The notes under the pieces: generated by a model | The model's input: the letters and a program-made list of their open reading frames with translations, nothing else | Told to the model about the DNA's origin: nothing | The model's database searches: none | Source: the human T2T-CHM13v2.0 reference genome, Homo sapiens | Strand: one strand, 5' to 3' | Assembly: GCF_009914755.1 (NCBI RefSeq) | Contig: NC_060939.1 | DNA: 64,000 nucleotides | Program-made: the position numbers and the translations under genes | Shown here: positions 28,495 through 40,066 of the stretch, in pieces | How the letters are laid out: the number at the start of each line of letters is the position of its first letter | How positions within the stretch are numbered: position 1 is the first letter of the stretch

Positions 28495-28758
28495 GTAACC
28501 TGGACATCACTCCGGACGACCCCCGCTGGATCGGAGCCTGGTGGGGTGGCTTTCTGCTCTGCGGTGCCTTACTCTTCTTCTCTTCCCTCTTGATGTTTGG
28601 GTTTCCACAGTCCCTGCCCCCGCACTCAGACCCCGCCATGGAAAGCGAGCAGGCCATGCTCTCCGAAAGAGAATACGAGAGACCCAAGCCCAGCAACGGG
28701 GTCCTGAGGCACCCCCTGGAGCCAGACAGCAGTGCCTCCTGTTTCCAGCAGCTGAGAG
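28495..28758 (+). CDS. SLCO3A1: SLCO3A1 coding exon (exon 4), 264 nt, phase 1-1, contains the OATP signature DPRWIGAWWGGFL
   Basis: Acceptor tttacag|GT; donor AGAG|gtaaag. Lies in ORF 28476..28796. Matches D-X-RW-(I/V)-GAWW-X-G-(F/L)-L. Confidence 0.97.
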
Positions 28759-29171
28759 GTAAAGGTGGCCTCATCTGCCTCTGCTCAGAACAGTAGGGGG
28801 ATTGGGATGGGGGTGATGAGTGAAGGGGTGGCACCCAGGACTGGGGTGCTTGGGGACTTGGTGGAGGCAGAATAATATTGGCTTGCATGGCTGGCCTCTA
28901 CCAGCCAGGTGCTTAACTTATTCCTGAGAAGTAAATAACCTGACTTGCTTAATAAAAACAAAAATAAAGTAGCTACCATTTGTTAAAGGGACCCAGTGGT
29001 TAATATAGGACCTGACATTTAATAAACATAAATGTCTTCAGAAGGAAGCAAAATATTCTGTGGAGCTTTTTTGAATTCTTTCAGGCCACCCATAAGCACC
29101 TGGAAGCAATAAAGGAATTTTGAAGTTGGCTTCCTTTGCCTGATATCAGCATTCTTTAAAAAGCCACCTCC

Positions 29172-29503
29172 AGCCGGGCGCGGTGGCTGTAATCCCAGCC
29201 ACCGCGCCCGGTGTAATCACATCTGTAATCCCAGCCCTTTGGGAAGCCAAGGCAGGTGGATCACTTGAGGTCAGAAGTTTGAGACCAGCCTGGCCAACGT
29301 GGTGAAACCCCATATCTGCTAAAATACAAAAATTAGCCGGGCTTGGTGGCATGTGCCTGTAATCCCAGCTACTCGGGAGGCTGAGGCAGGAGAATCGCTT
29401 GATCCTGGGTTCAAGCTCACCAGAGGTTGCAGTGAGCCAAGATTGAGCCACTGCACTCCAGCCTGGGTGACACAGCAAGACTCTCATCTCAAAAGAAAAA
29501 AAA
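29172..29503 (+). mobile_element. AluS with two fold-back templated insertions; TSD AAAAAGCCACCT
   Basis: Alu consensus plus non-consensus segments at 29189-29217 and 29410-29420. TSD on both flanks. Confidence 0.92.
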
Positions 29504-32500
29504 GCCACCTTCAAAGTACATTTCTTTACATTCACTTTGTCCTTTCATTGTCTCCACTAAAGATGAGAGATGTTTTCCTGCAGAAAGAAATATTAACCCA
29601 GTCTTAATGACACAGTCACACTTTAGGATGCAGCAAAGCTCTTGCTATCATTTTTTAAAGAAAAAAAAGTGCAACTTTTCTGACAAAATGGTGAAGCACA
29701 AACAATGATGCAGAGTGAGAACCCCCCTCCACCACCACCGCCCAAGTTGTTTCCATCTTCGGCACAATCCTTTAAAGACGAGGAAAATGACAAGGAGCTG
29801 AATGTAGCCTGGCAGTCTCAGAAGCTGCTCGGCGACTATCAGGCGAGGTATGTGTGAGGTTCCTTAATGCACACGACTCCTTGCTCAGCTCCCCTGACGT
29901 CCTGCTGGATTTTAGAAATGAGTGGGCTCATGCAGCCAGGAGCAAGGTCAGGCACTACTTCCCAGGGAAGCTGGGATGCAGAAGGGAGATGGTCAGTCCC
30001 CTCTGTGCAGGAATGCGGCACTCAGCCGGGCCAGCCTTCCACAGCGGCAGATGCAGTCCTCCTGTGCTTTATTTAGACATTTCCTAGCAGTGAAAGTCTG
30101 TTTACTAAACTTCTGTGTAACAATGTGCGCCTTCTATAGAGATGCTAGAGATTTGTGGAGAGAAGCTTGAACTGCTTTGTGCTCAGCCCCCCGTTCTGTT
30201 CCTCACCAGCCCTGCGATCATTAACTGCCCCCTGCTTCTTTTCCACGAATGTAAAACTGTAATAACACAGTTCCTCACTGCCAGTGCTGTCTCAAGAATG
30301 AAAGCACTGCTGCAGAAGACTGTCTGTTAATCGTACCTGTTAGTCCATGAGGAATCTCAAGAACTTGTGCGATTTCTGAAAAGAGACAAATTTAATATCG
30401 TAATGTTATGTCTGGCCCCATGTTCCATGATGGTTTCTACCAATGCTGTAATTTGGAATCATCCATAAAACTTAAGTTCCAGAATGCACCGGTAGATGAG
30501 AAGGCCAGCCAATCTGTGTCCTCTAAGGTTGCCTTGGTTGGAATGCCCCCGTCCTCATGCACGTGTGCTTAATAAAATAGGCTCACTTCCAGCAGGCCCC
30601 AGGCAAGGAGGGTGCCTGCGACTCCCCTAGTAGCAGGAGAGTGATGCCTGAGACTCCCCTAATAGCCATCCATAGAAAGTGTCCTGGTAACTAGACCCCT
30701 AGGAATAAATTGGGCAGGCATGAGAGTGTGGCTTTCAAAGGACATCCTGGCCATGGGCGACTACAGTATTTTCAGGTTGCTCCCCACCTCGGGATGATGA
30801 CCCTGTTTCCCTAGGGCTCTGATTGTAAAAGCTGCACTAGTAATCACTTGTCTTTCATCTCTGGGAATAAAAAGATTAAAAAGATACAATGGTGCCATCA
30901 GAGAACTCACCATCCCACACAGGACCAGGTCTGCAAGTCAGCAAAGGCAGCCCAGTGTTTTGAGAACCGCAATAACAAGCAGCACAGGTGGTTACAGAAA
31001 TGCAGCAAAGAGGCAGAGAGAAGCCCACCGCTCCTGGGCTGGGAGTCACGGGTGAGGAAAGGGTCAGCGGCAGAGCTGAGCCAAGTCTTGAGCCCTGCTA
31101 TGGCTTAAGCATTCTTGGGTCATGATTCAGTCGCTCATTAACTCATTTGTTTTATTCCATTGGTAGTTACTGAGACCCTACTCGGTGCTAAGCACAGCCT
31201 TGACTAAATTGACTTATATTCTGGAGCTTATGTTCCACTAGGGTGCAACAGGCAAGCTCAGAGCAATGACAAGGTAAGCAAGCACTGGATGAGCTGCCGT
31301 TGAGCTGACAAGTACACAGTCAGGTAGACAAGTCTGGGACCCGCGAGGCCATATTGATTACAAATTGTGATCTGTATACGCACAGGCTTCACTTCTGATG
31401 GTTAATGATTTTAATTTAGAATTAACAATTCCCAGAGGCAATTGGCCCATAATGGACTAAAAGGATGTCTCAACAGGAAAAGAAGAAAGTGTTTCTGCAA
31501 GATTCCTTAAGAGCCAAAATACAGTGAAATGAGCTATTATGCTAATAAACACATTTTACACATGCCAGTGCATGAAGTGGGGCCACAGTCGTTTACATGA
31601 TTTATTTCTCCATGCGAGACACATGTTTTTGCTATACGAGCTTTTCCACCAAAAGCACCATGCAGTGCACCCTGGCATTCCAAAACCCTTCATCCAGTTT
31701 GCATCCTGGAAAACCCACGCTGCAAATGCAGTGCTATATACATGCAGTGTGTTACACATTTGTGGGTTTCAATAAGCTGAACGGCGTTGCATGTATACAT
31801 AGAACTGACATTGCTCCTAAAACCCCATGTTGCAATTTCTCATCCGTTTTGTCTGAGCTTCCAAATGGGTTTCTTCTTTGGCCATCAATCTGTGCCCCCT
31901 GCCATGCTCTGCAGACAGCAAAGGCCCCCTGATAAGAGCTGGCATTATGCCAGGAAGAGCCCTTCCAGCCCCCTCTTCTCTGGAACTTAGAGTCTTCTCC
32001 TGCTCCTAGGAGAGAAGGGGGCTGTCTGCTTTGAGGCAGATCCACCTGGGTTAAAATCCAGCTCAGTCGCTTCTTAATCATGCAGCCTTGGCCACATCAC
32101 TTAACTCCTCTCAGCTTTCACATATGGTGTCTGGTTTAGTCTTTACAAAAGCTGTGTAAGGTCAGTATCACTGTTTATTCCTGTCTATAGATGAGAAAAC
32201 CAAGCTGGTGATATGGGGATTTGAGTCTGTGGTTCGATTTTCAGAACATTCCCCTAAAAAAAGCGGGCTGCAGAGGTCTGCTTCCAACAGTCAGCCATCA
32301 ATTGGGTTTTACAACCCTTATCCAAAGCTGAGAGATGGAAAGCCCGGAGTCTTGCTCCAGGTCAGCCTGGAAGTCCCCATCTTATAGCAACAGCCCCATA
32401 ACCATCTTACCATGCAGGAAGCAGATGAACAAATGCTTGGGTTTGTTAAACTCCAGTATCTCCCCGATGTGGGGGCTGGCCGAGCCAAGGCACATTTTTA

Positions 32501-35378
32501 CTTCTCAGCTGCGCCACCAAATAACTTTTCCTTTAAGACCTGGCTCTGGCTCTGCTCCTCCCTGATCTTGCATTTTGGACAGCCTGTTTTTTACACACCT
32601 CACATTCGTCCTCTTGTGTCCTCTCCTCCCCTTTCCTACATGGTAAGCCGTGTGTGGGCAAGACTGCACCTAGTGTGCTGAATCTAGCAAATGCTCAGAA
32701 TTTGCAGAATTGCTTTTGAGAGGCTACACCTGGAGGGAAGAAGTTGAGGGACTGTAATAGACATACGTACAGTATCATCATCAGATAGTGTATTAAATAT
32801 CATCTCCACAGTTTTGTGCTCCATTGTAAGTTGTCTCCGGCATCTCTTGCCCTGAGAGGCCTTGATGGACATGACGAGGGTCTCTTCTGCAGCCGCATGT
32901 CCATCTGCCTTCTCCCTCCAGCTCTGTACAGTTCCTGGAATGCATCAGGCAGTCTCTTGTTTGCTGCTATTTCTCCCTGGAATGCCCTTCTTCCTTCAGT
33001 TCACTTCTGGGCTGGACTGTTTCTCACCTCCCCAGGAAGCCCCCCAAAGCCCCTCTGTGTACCTGCCCCTGTGTACCCGGTGCTAGGTTAGCTGCATTCC
33101 TCTGAGTTCCACAGAATCCCTGCAAAGCACCTGGGAACACATTACCATGGCAGTCTCTCTGCTTGTCTGTATCTGTCCAAAGATTATGCATTTTCCAGGG
33201 ATGAAGCTGCAGTTCATCTGTTCATTTCCAATGCACAGAACAGTGCATAGCATGTAGGTGATACTGGTTGAATGAAGTAATAAATGAATACTTTCTTGCA
33301 AGCCTGCATGTATGTATAGACGTGGACGCATGCACAGATAGCAGGTAATGATTGTTTTTTGTGCACTGTCATATTTCATCCCTGTAACCTTAGGAGGCAT
33401 CGGTACCACTTACCAGTAAGGCAAGTGAGGCTTGTAGATGGAAGGGAAAGGCATTTGAACCCGGGCGAAGGCTCCAGTGTCTGTCTTTTTAACCATGGCA
33501 TTATGCTGCCACTTCTGACAGTAAACGGACACTCTCTTAAAGAATAAGTGGCGTCAGCAGGTGCTGACTGATTTCTTAGCAGAGTGTACTAGAAGTACGG
33601 CTGCTGGCTGCAACAGCACAGGTGTCCCCTAAAAAGATGGGTCTTCCAGACACAGCTGCAGCCTAAAAGGAAGGGGAGAACCAACTCCCTGCAACCATTG
33701 GCCTGTCCTGACCCTCTGCCAGGTTTTCTAGCTGGGATGAGTGTAACCGCACCAGAGGTTTAAAATCCAAAGGGAGAGTCCTGCCTTTGATCACTGAAAG
33801 AGAGGGCAATCAAAAGCTGAGCACTCTTGTCACTGAGCGCTTCATGCTGACTGCCAAGTGGTCTCTTCCTGTCCCAGAAAAGATAGCAGGTGCCAGCTGA
33901 GTGGGCAGGGCTGGGGCCTCAGGCTCAGAGTCTTCAAAGCCACCACCCAAATCTAGGAGATGAGTTATGATTTCCGGAGCTCTCGCGTCGACCTCCCATT
34001 TGGCCCCCACAGGTGGCTGATGGGGTGGTTATGTTACTTACCTCTGTCCTGATCAGGGATCAGGACACCAAGGCTGGCAGGCGGTTGGGGAGACAGGGAG
34101 AGGTGAGTGATGTTAAACCAGGTACTTAGATTCCCGTGGCTGGGCTGGACCTAGTTCTCCAGATTCCAAATCCCGTGCTCTTTCCCGTTTCCTGTAAGGG
34201 TTCACTAAATTGTTCATAAACTGACGAAAGAGGAGAAAGGGAATCAGGCTGGGGCCCGTGTAACAAAGCCCTTCCTGTGTCTGAGAAACGTACACTTCTG
34301 CTCAGCCTTTCCCCCCTCCAAAAGAGGCCATGCAGAGCCCAAGCTCTAGAGAAGGTTCACCTTTTGAGGAGCTGAGATCCTCCTGGGTCCTTGTAACCTC
34401 CCCTCCCCTCCAGCAATGCAGTCCATCCTGGAGTTCAGCTGATTTTGCCACCCAAGTCTCTCTCCAGCCTGCCCTTGATCTCTGTTGATCTGAGAGTCCT
34501 TGTTAACATTAACAAGGTAACACTCCACACTCCAGCATGCCCTGGGCCCTCCAGGCTGTTGTCCATGCTGTGATCTTTTCAGAACACATGTGATCAAGTT
34601 ACTGCCTCTTGCTTTAAGGTATGGAGACAAAGTCCTTCCATGGTCTCTGAGTCCCTCCAAACCCTTCTCATGCCAGTCATGCCCTGTTCCCTCCACGCCC
34701 ACCTCACTGGTCTCTTTTCAGTTCTCCCTATACCCCAGGCTCCTTTCCTCCTAGGACTCTGCATTCGTTCCCTCTACTGGAATTCTCATTTCATCTTCAG
34801 ACATCAGCTCATGTGTCATTTCTTAGGAACATCTTCCTGACCTGGTGGTACCCCTTCCAAGGCACATCATAATTTTCCTTTATATGTGTGAATAATTGTC
34901 CTTTATTCACTTACTCTGTACGCTTCATGAAGGCAGGGACTGCAGTTGTTTTTTCTCATGTCCTGGTACACAGCAGGTGCTCAGTGCCTGCTATGTGATA
35001 GGGGAGGGAGTAAATGGATTGCCGCTTTCCCTAAAGCTCCCCTGCCCCCTACTTCCCACTCAGGGTTTTGGCCTGTGTTTGACCAATCCATGGACGTAGA
35101 CTTGGCAAGAGCTTCAGGTGTCCTGAGTGCCACCACCAGCCCACATGTGACTACCTGTGTTGGAGAGGGTCTGCTTCTGGCACCCTGGCTGCTGAATGGT
35201 AGAGGATGTGCCAGCCCTGGTGCCAAAACTGACTTGCCCTGGGGACTCTGGGCTTCATGTTGTCGCTTGTCCATCTTCTGGCAGGTGCTTTACATCTTGG
35301 TCAGGGAGCACATTCACCCCCGCCCCACCACTGTGCTTCCCACAGTTCAGCAGGAGCCACAGATTTGCCTGTCCACAG

Positions 35379-35464
35379 GACCCAGCTCATGCCTCTCCAC
35401 ATGACCCAGCTCATGCCTCTCCATAGCTCAGGCCTGGCCACAGGACCCACTTCATGCTTCTGCA
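35379..35464. repeat. 24-bp tandem repeat GACCCAGCTCATGCCTCTCCA.. x2 plus a degenerate third copy
   Basis: Direct reading (ORF track shows DPAHASPHDPAHASP). Confidence 0.8.
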
Positions 35465-36641
35465 TCTCAGCCTCCTCCATCCATTACCATCTAGCAGTCA
35501 GTTTCTGCTATGTTTTTCTTAATTAAAATCCTGTGCCTTTCAGCATAATGTTATCATGAGGAGCCTGGTGATCTGAGAGTCCTTGTTCTGCCGGTAACCA
35601 GCTGAGCACTTTTTTTTAATCATGCACTCTGTCCTCAGAACCATGTTCTTCCTGTGTGTGGATTTCCTGTTAAAGTTTTTCTTTCCTGATTCCATGGTGA
35701 AGGAGACCATCTGCCCTCCCAAATGCTTGGAATCCTGTGCCAGGCTGTGATTTACATTCTGCCATGTCACAGGAGTTGTTTTTATAGGTCCCCACGGACC
35801 AGACTGGTCACTGGCTTAAGTTCTTATCAATATTGATTGATAGGGGACCTGCTGTGGACAGCACCGGAGGGATAGGTCCATAGATAAGCTACAGCTGCAC
35901 TTCTCAAGTTATTTCAGCAAAGCTCCTGAGACAAACCATGTGAGGGTGCCTAGCATGATGCCTGGCACTTTGTTGATATTCCTGGAGTGCGTGTTGAATG
36001 AAAGAATGAAGGAAATAATTAGAAGGCAGCATTTCCCAATGAGGGTCCCTTGAGATGCTCAGGGAAAAACAAATCAACAGCAGCAATAACAGAAGGATGG
36101 GGAAATGGTTACATGGCCAAATAACTTTGGGAACCTGTGTGCTGTTTGATCCTCTCTGAGATTCATACTTCTGAAACATATGTGACTCAGAACTGTTTCA
36201 GTCACATTAACTGTAGCTACTTGGCTAATGCTTCCAGAATACAGAGTAGAAAGCGGAAAGGCTCACAGGAGGTTCAAAGGGATGAACTGAGGACCAGAGA
36301 GAGGGGACTTGGAGATACTTGATTAAAGATTGTAGCATTTCACCCCAGTCTGGAAGGATGAGCAGGATCCCCGTGGATGGAGAGAGAAGAGCTTTGGGAT
36401 GGGGGACAGGGATGAGCAGAGACACATGGACAGGAATGCCCAAGACACTGTTGGGAGCTAGACGTCTGGTTTTAGAAAAGGTCATGCTGGAAGGCAGACT
36501 AGGGGCTGCTCCCACACCAGCAGTTCCTGGTATCTGAAGCTGCTCGTGGAGGCTTTTGTGAAATTATGAATGAGTTATTGAAAGCCTTAGCATTGCCCTT
36601 CTGAAGCATCTGGACTTTATCTGAGGAGCCCTTGTTTCCCA

Positions 36642-36929
36642 GCCAGGAGTTTGAGTCAGCATCAGCTGTGGAGTTTCTTGAACCACCCTGTGTGTGGGCC
36701 ACAGCCCAGGAATTCTGATTCTGTGGGTAGAGAAGGGGTCCAAGCATCTGGATGTTTTCGAAGCCCCCTAGATGATTCTGTGTGAACTCCCAATTGCCAA
36801 TGAATGCCAGAAGCAGTGGGGGGTTCTTTGAGTGGCCTCCTCTGGGGGCCAACAGATCAGAGCTGGTCCTCCTGCATTTGTACAGGCAGGGGACATGTAA
36901 TGGCAGGGGACTCACTCACCAAATAAGCT
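36642..36929 (+). repeat. Copy 1 of a ~288-bp local duplication (copy 2 at 38094-38378); 5' part is MER5-like
   Basis: Colinear alignment by eye, roughly 90% identity. ORFs 36499..36915 and 38026..38301 show the same peptide. Confidence 0.92.
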
Positions 36930-38093
36930 TGGGACACCGTAGACACTGTGATCCTTGTGGAGATTCATAAGTGATATCTTAGCGCATGAAGGCTCTGAGA
37001 AGGGCTGCTGTAAACTCAACACTTGAGGAAATACCATCAGGAACTCTAGGCTTAAAGATGGGTATTTATGTCCATCGGGTATTTCACCCCCACTGTTTCT
37101 TTTATGAATGTCAGTATTTCTCTTTCCAGGCTTTCCAGGGTGAATGCCCCCATTGTTGGAGTTTTCATGAATGCCAAATGCAGTCAGCCTTGCTGCCATG
37201 GAGGTGGCCACCACTCTCCCAAAGAAGGTTCTTAGGGGCTGGCCTGGAGTAGTGAAAGCAGTTGTTTGCTTACAAAAGCCTATTCCCTTAGTCTTTTTCT
37301 CTCTGCTACCTCTGACCTGGAAAGACACCATGTTGGGTCTGAATAAGACGTTGCTGCCTCCCAGGCTCCTTTCTTCATCTCTGTGATCCCGAGCGGAGCC
37401 TGCGCTTTTCTGACTTCACACTCCAGAGGGACGGAAATGACTGGGGCGACACCAATTTGGAGCTGCAGCTTGCAGGAAGCTAACTGCACCTCTGCAGACA
37501 CTTGCTTCGTGCTTTAAACTGGCTAATGGGCAGCCACATGACTTTTTCTCTTGGGCCTTCTTGGTGGGGTTATGAAGCGTTGGTGACCTTAAAGGAATCA
37601 ATAGAATTGATGGGGGAGTTATCCCCGCCAGCCCGCACCCAGCTAACATTGGGATTTCATTCTAAATGCTCGTTTCTGGTGCTGATCATTTATTTGTTCA
37701 CTCAAGCCACAAGGTGCAAAGGAAGCACTACCCTCTGCCTCTTATCTCCAGAGGATGGTCAAAAGGAAACCCAGTAGCTGCTTCTCTCAAACTTGCAAAG
37801 AGAAGGTGCTAGGAAGCGCTCCCATGGGCTCCTCAATAGCCCAGGGCAGAGGTTAGGAGGCAAGTTCATCCGCAGCAATGAAACCATGGTGGGTCTGAAG
37901 CTGGGGCCGGAGGCTGCCCCATCTGGGGCCAGTGTGTGGCAGGCACTTGCTTTTAGAAGACTCCCAGACACTGCAGGCCTCCTCTCCCACCTGGGCTTTC
38001 CTCTACCCCTACGCAAGGGAATGGCTTAGACACCTCCAGAATCGACAGTGTAAATGAAGAAGAGACTGACATTCTGGATTATTGCCCCCATAG

Positions 38094-38378
38094 GCCAGGA
38101 GTTTGAGTCAGCATCACCTGTGGAGTTTCTTGAACCGCCCTGTTTGTGGGCCACAGCCCGGGAATTTTGATTCTGTGAGTAGAGAAGGGGTCCAAGCATC
38201 TGTAGGTTTTCAAAGCCTCCTAGATGATTCTTTGTGAACTCCCAATTGCACATGAATGCCAGAAGCAATGGGGGGGTTCTTTGATCTCCCCTGGGGGCCA
38301 ACAGGTCAGAGCTGGTCCTCCTGCATTTGTACAGGCAGGGGGCATGTAATGGCAGGGAACTGACCTAACAAATAAGCT
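38094..38378 (+). repeat. Copy 2 of the ~288-bp local duplication
   Basis: See copy 1 at 36642-36929. Confidence 0.92.
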
Positions 38379-40034
38379 CCCCCTGACTGTATAAGCAAGG
38401 GTCTGAATATGTTTCCACCCAGACAGTGAACCTGTGGCATGTCACTGATGGTTGGTTCATAAGTTTTTTTCTGTTGCCTCAGTTAGTGTTTCTTACGAGG
38501 CTATAACAGTTACCCTTCAAAGCTTTGCAATTCATTCATTCATTTTAAAATTTATTTATTAGATTCTTTAATACCCCTTGAGTTTGTTAAGTGTCTGCTC
38601 TTACGGGGCGTGGTGCTCACATCTAATGACAGAACTGCTCCATCCTTGGTCCCACGTGGCTTCTGGCTTGGGAGATGAGAAGGACTCAGGCAAGGGCATC
38701 CAGCCTGCACGGGGCACATTAGCAACCAACTCGGTGGTTGCTAAACCTTGATGCTATTCCGTGACACCGTTTCTCCTAGGGGTCACCCCACCTTGGATTC
38801 ACACCCATGCTTCCGTCACAGTATTTTTCTACATCTTTATTATTTCTTCCTCTTTCCCTTTTTTTAAGTTATGATTTGAAGACTGTCATTTATCTCATCT
38901 AAGACCTCCCTGCTCTCTGTTCTCTTCTGTCTGTGGGTCTCATGTGTTGGGAAGCTCCTCATGGCAACTCAACATTCAGAAAAACAACTTTTATAGATTC
39001 AATTCCCCACAAAATACCTGAATGTTAAGCACATGGACTTTGGAGCTCAGGCTGACCTTAGTTCAAATCCACCCTCCCTCACCTCCCAGCTCTGCATTCT
39101 TGGGCAAGGTGGAATTTATAGCCTCTCAATGAAGCGTTGGTTTTCTCATGTCTGGAATGATAATGTTAAGACGATAACCCAAAAAGCATTGGCTACCATT
39201 GTAATTACTGAGCAGTTGCATGCATTAGCTTCATCTCCCCTTCTTGGGAGCCGTGACAGTGGTGTGTTGACAGCAATGTTATCAAAGGAAAATAAAAAGT
39301 CAAGGCCAACTTCAGTAGAGAAGATTGAAAGCAGAAATACACCGAGAGTCCAGCAGGTACACTGAGCCCCATGATAACCACTGCCTTGGGCAACTTCAAT
39401 TCCGGGGAACTGGACATGGAAACCAAGGCCATGGACAAGTACATTGCTTCCTGACCTGGCCTGCTGCCTGGCCCTCTGGAGGTAGGAGCTCTTCTTGACC
39501 ACAGAGATGGCCCAGGAACTCAGCCCAGCCCACTTTCTCCATGGCTATGGCTGCCCCACTTCACCTTCTTTCCCTTCTCTGCTAGCTCACCAAGCAGCGC
39601 ACACAGATACATCTGCAGCAAGTCGTGTATCCCCATGGCTCTGAGGAACACTACACATGACAAGGAGCCTGAGGGTTTCCTCCATGACTTGACCGTGGAT
39701 CACTTCTTTTATATTAATTATTATTATTCTTACTGAGCTCACACCTGTGTGCCAGAGACACTGGGCCACATGCTTTACACACTTGGGTCTCATTTCATCT
39801 TTATAGCAGTCTGTGGGGTGGAGTTCTGTGCTCCAGTCACTTCCATATCTACTAAAGCCTTGAAGCCAGAATTCAATCCTGATTACCTGACTCCTTAGAC
39901 CAGGTTCTTAGCCATTATTTTATACAACCTCATTCAGCAAAACCTTTTCTACAGTACAAGCCTCCTCTTTCAGCTCTACAATTCTTTCTTCCTTTTATTA
40001 ATATTTCTCCCTCCCTCTCTTCCCTAGTTCTCTT

Positions 40035-40039
<5 letters not shown>

Positions 40040-40065
<26 letters not shown>

Positions 40066-40066
40066 A
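40040..40066. repeat. Poly(A)27 tract with no recognisable Alu/L1 body attached
   Basis: Direct reading. A similar A23 tract lies at 55114-55136. Confidence 0.85.

Noticed and set aside
28759-28770. Alternative in-frame donor AAG|GTGGCC 6 nt downstream of the exon 4 donor
   Set aside because: Poor match at +4 to +6; nothing in the sequence supports its use.
28469-28888. - strand ORFs overlapping exons 4, 5 and 6
   Set aside because: Antisense shadows of GC-rich coding exons; no independent evidence.
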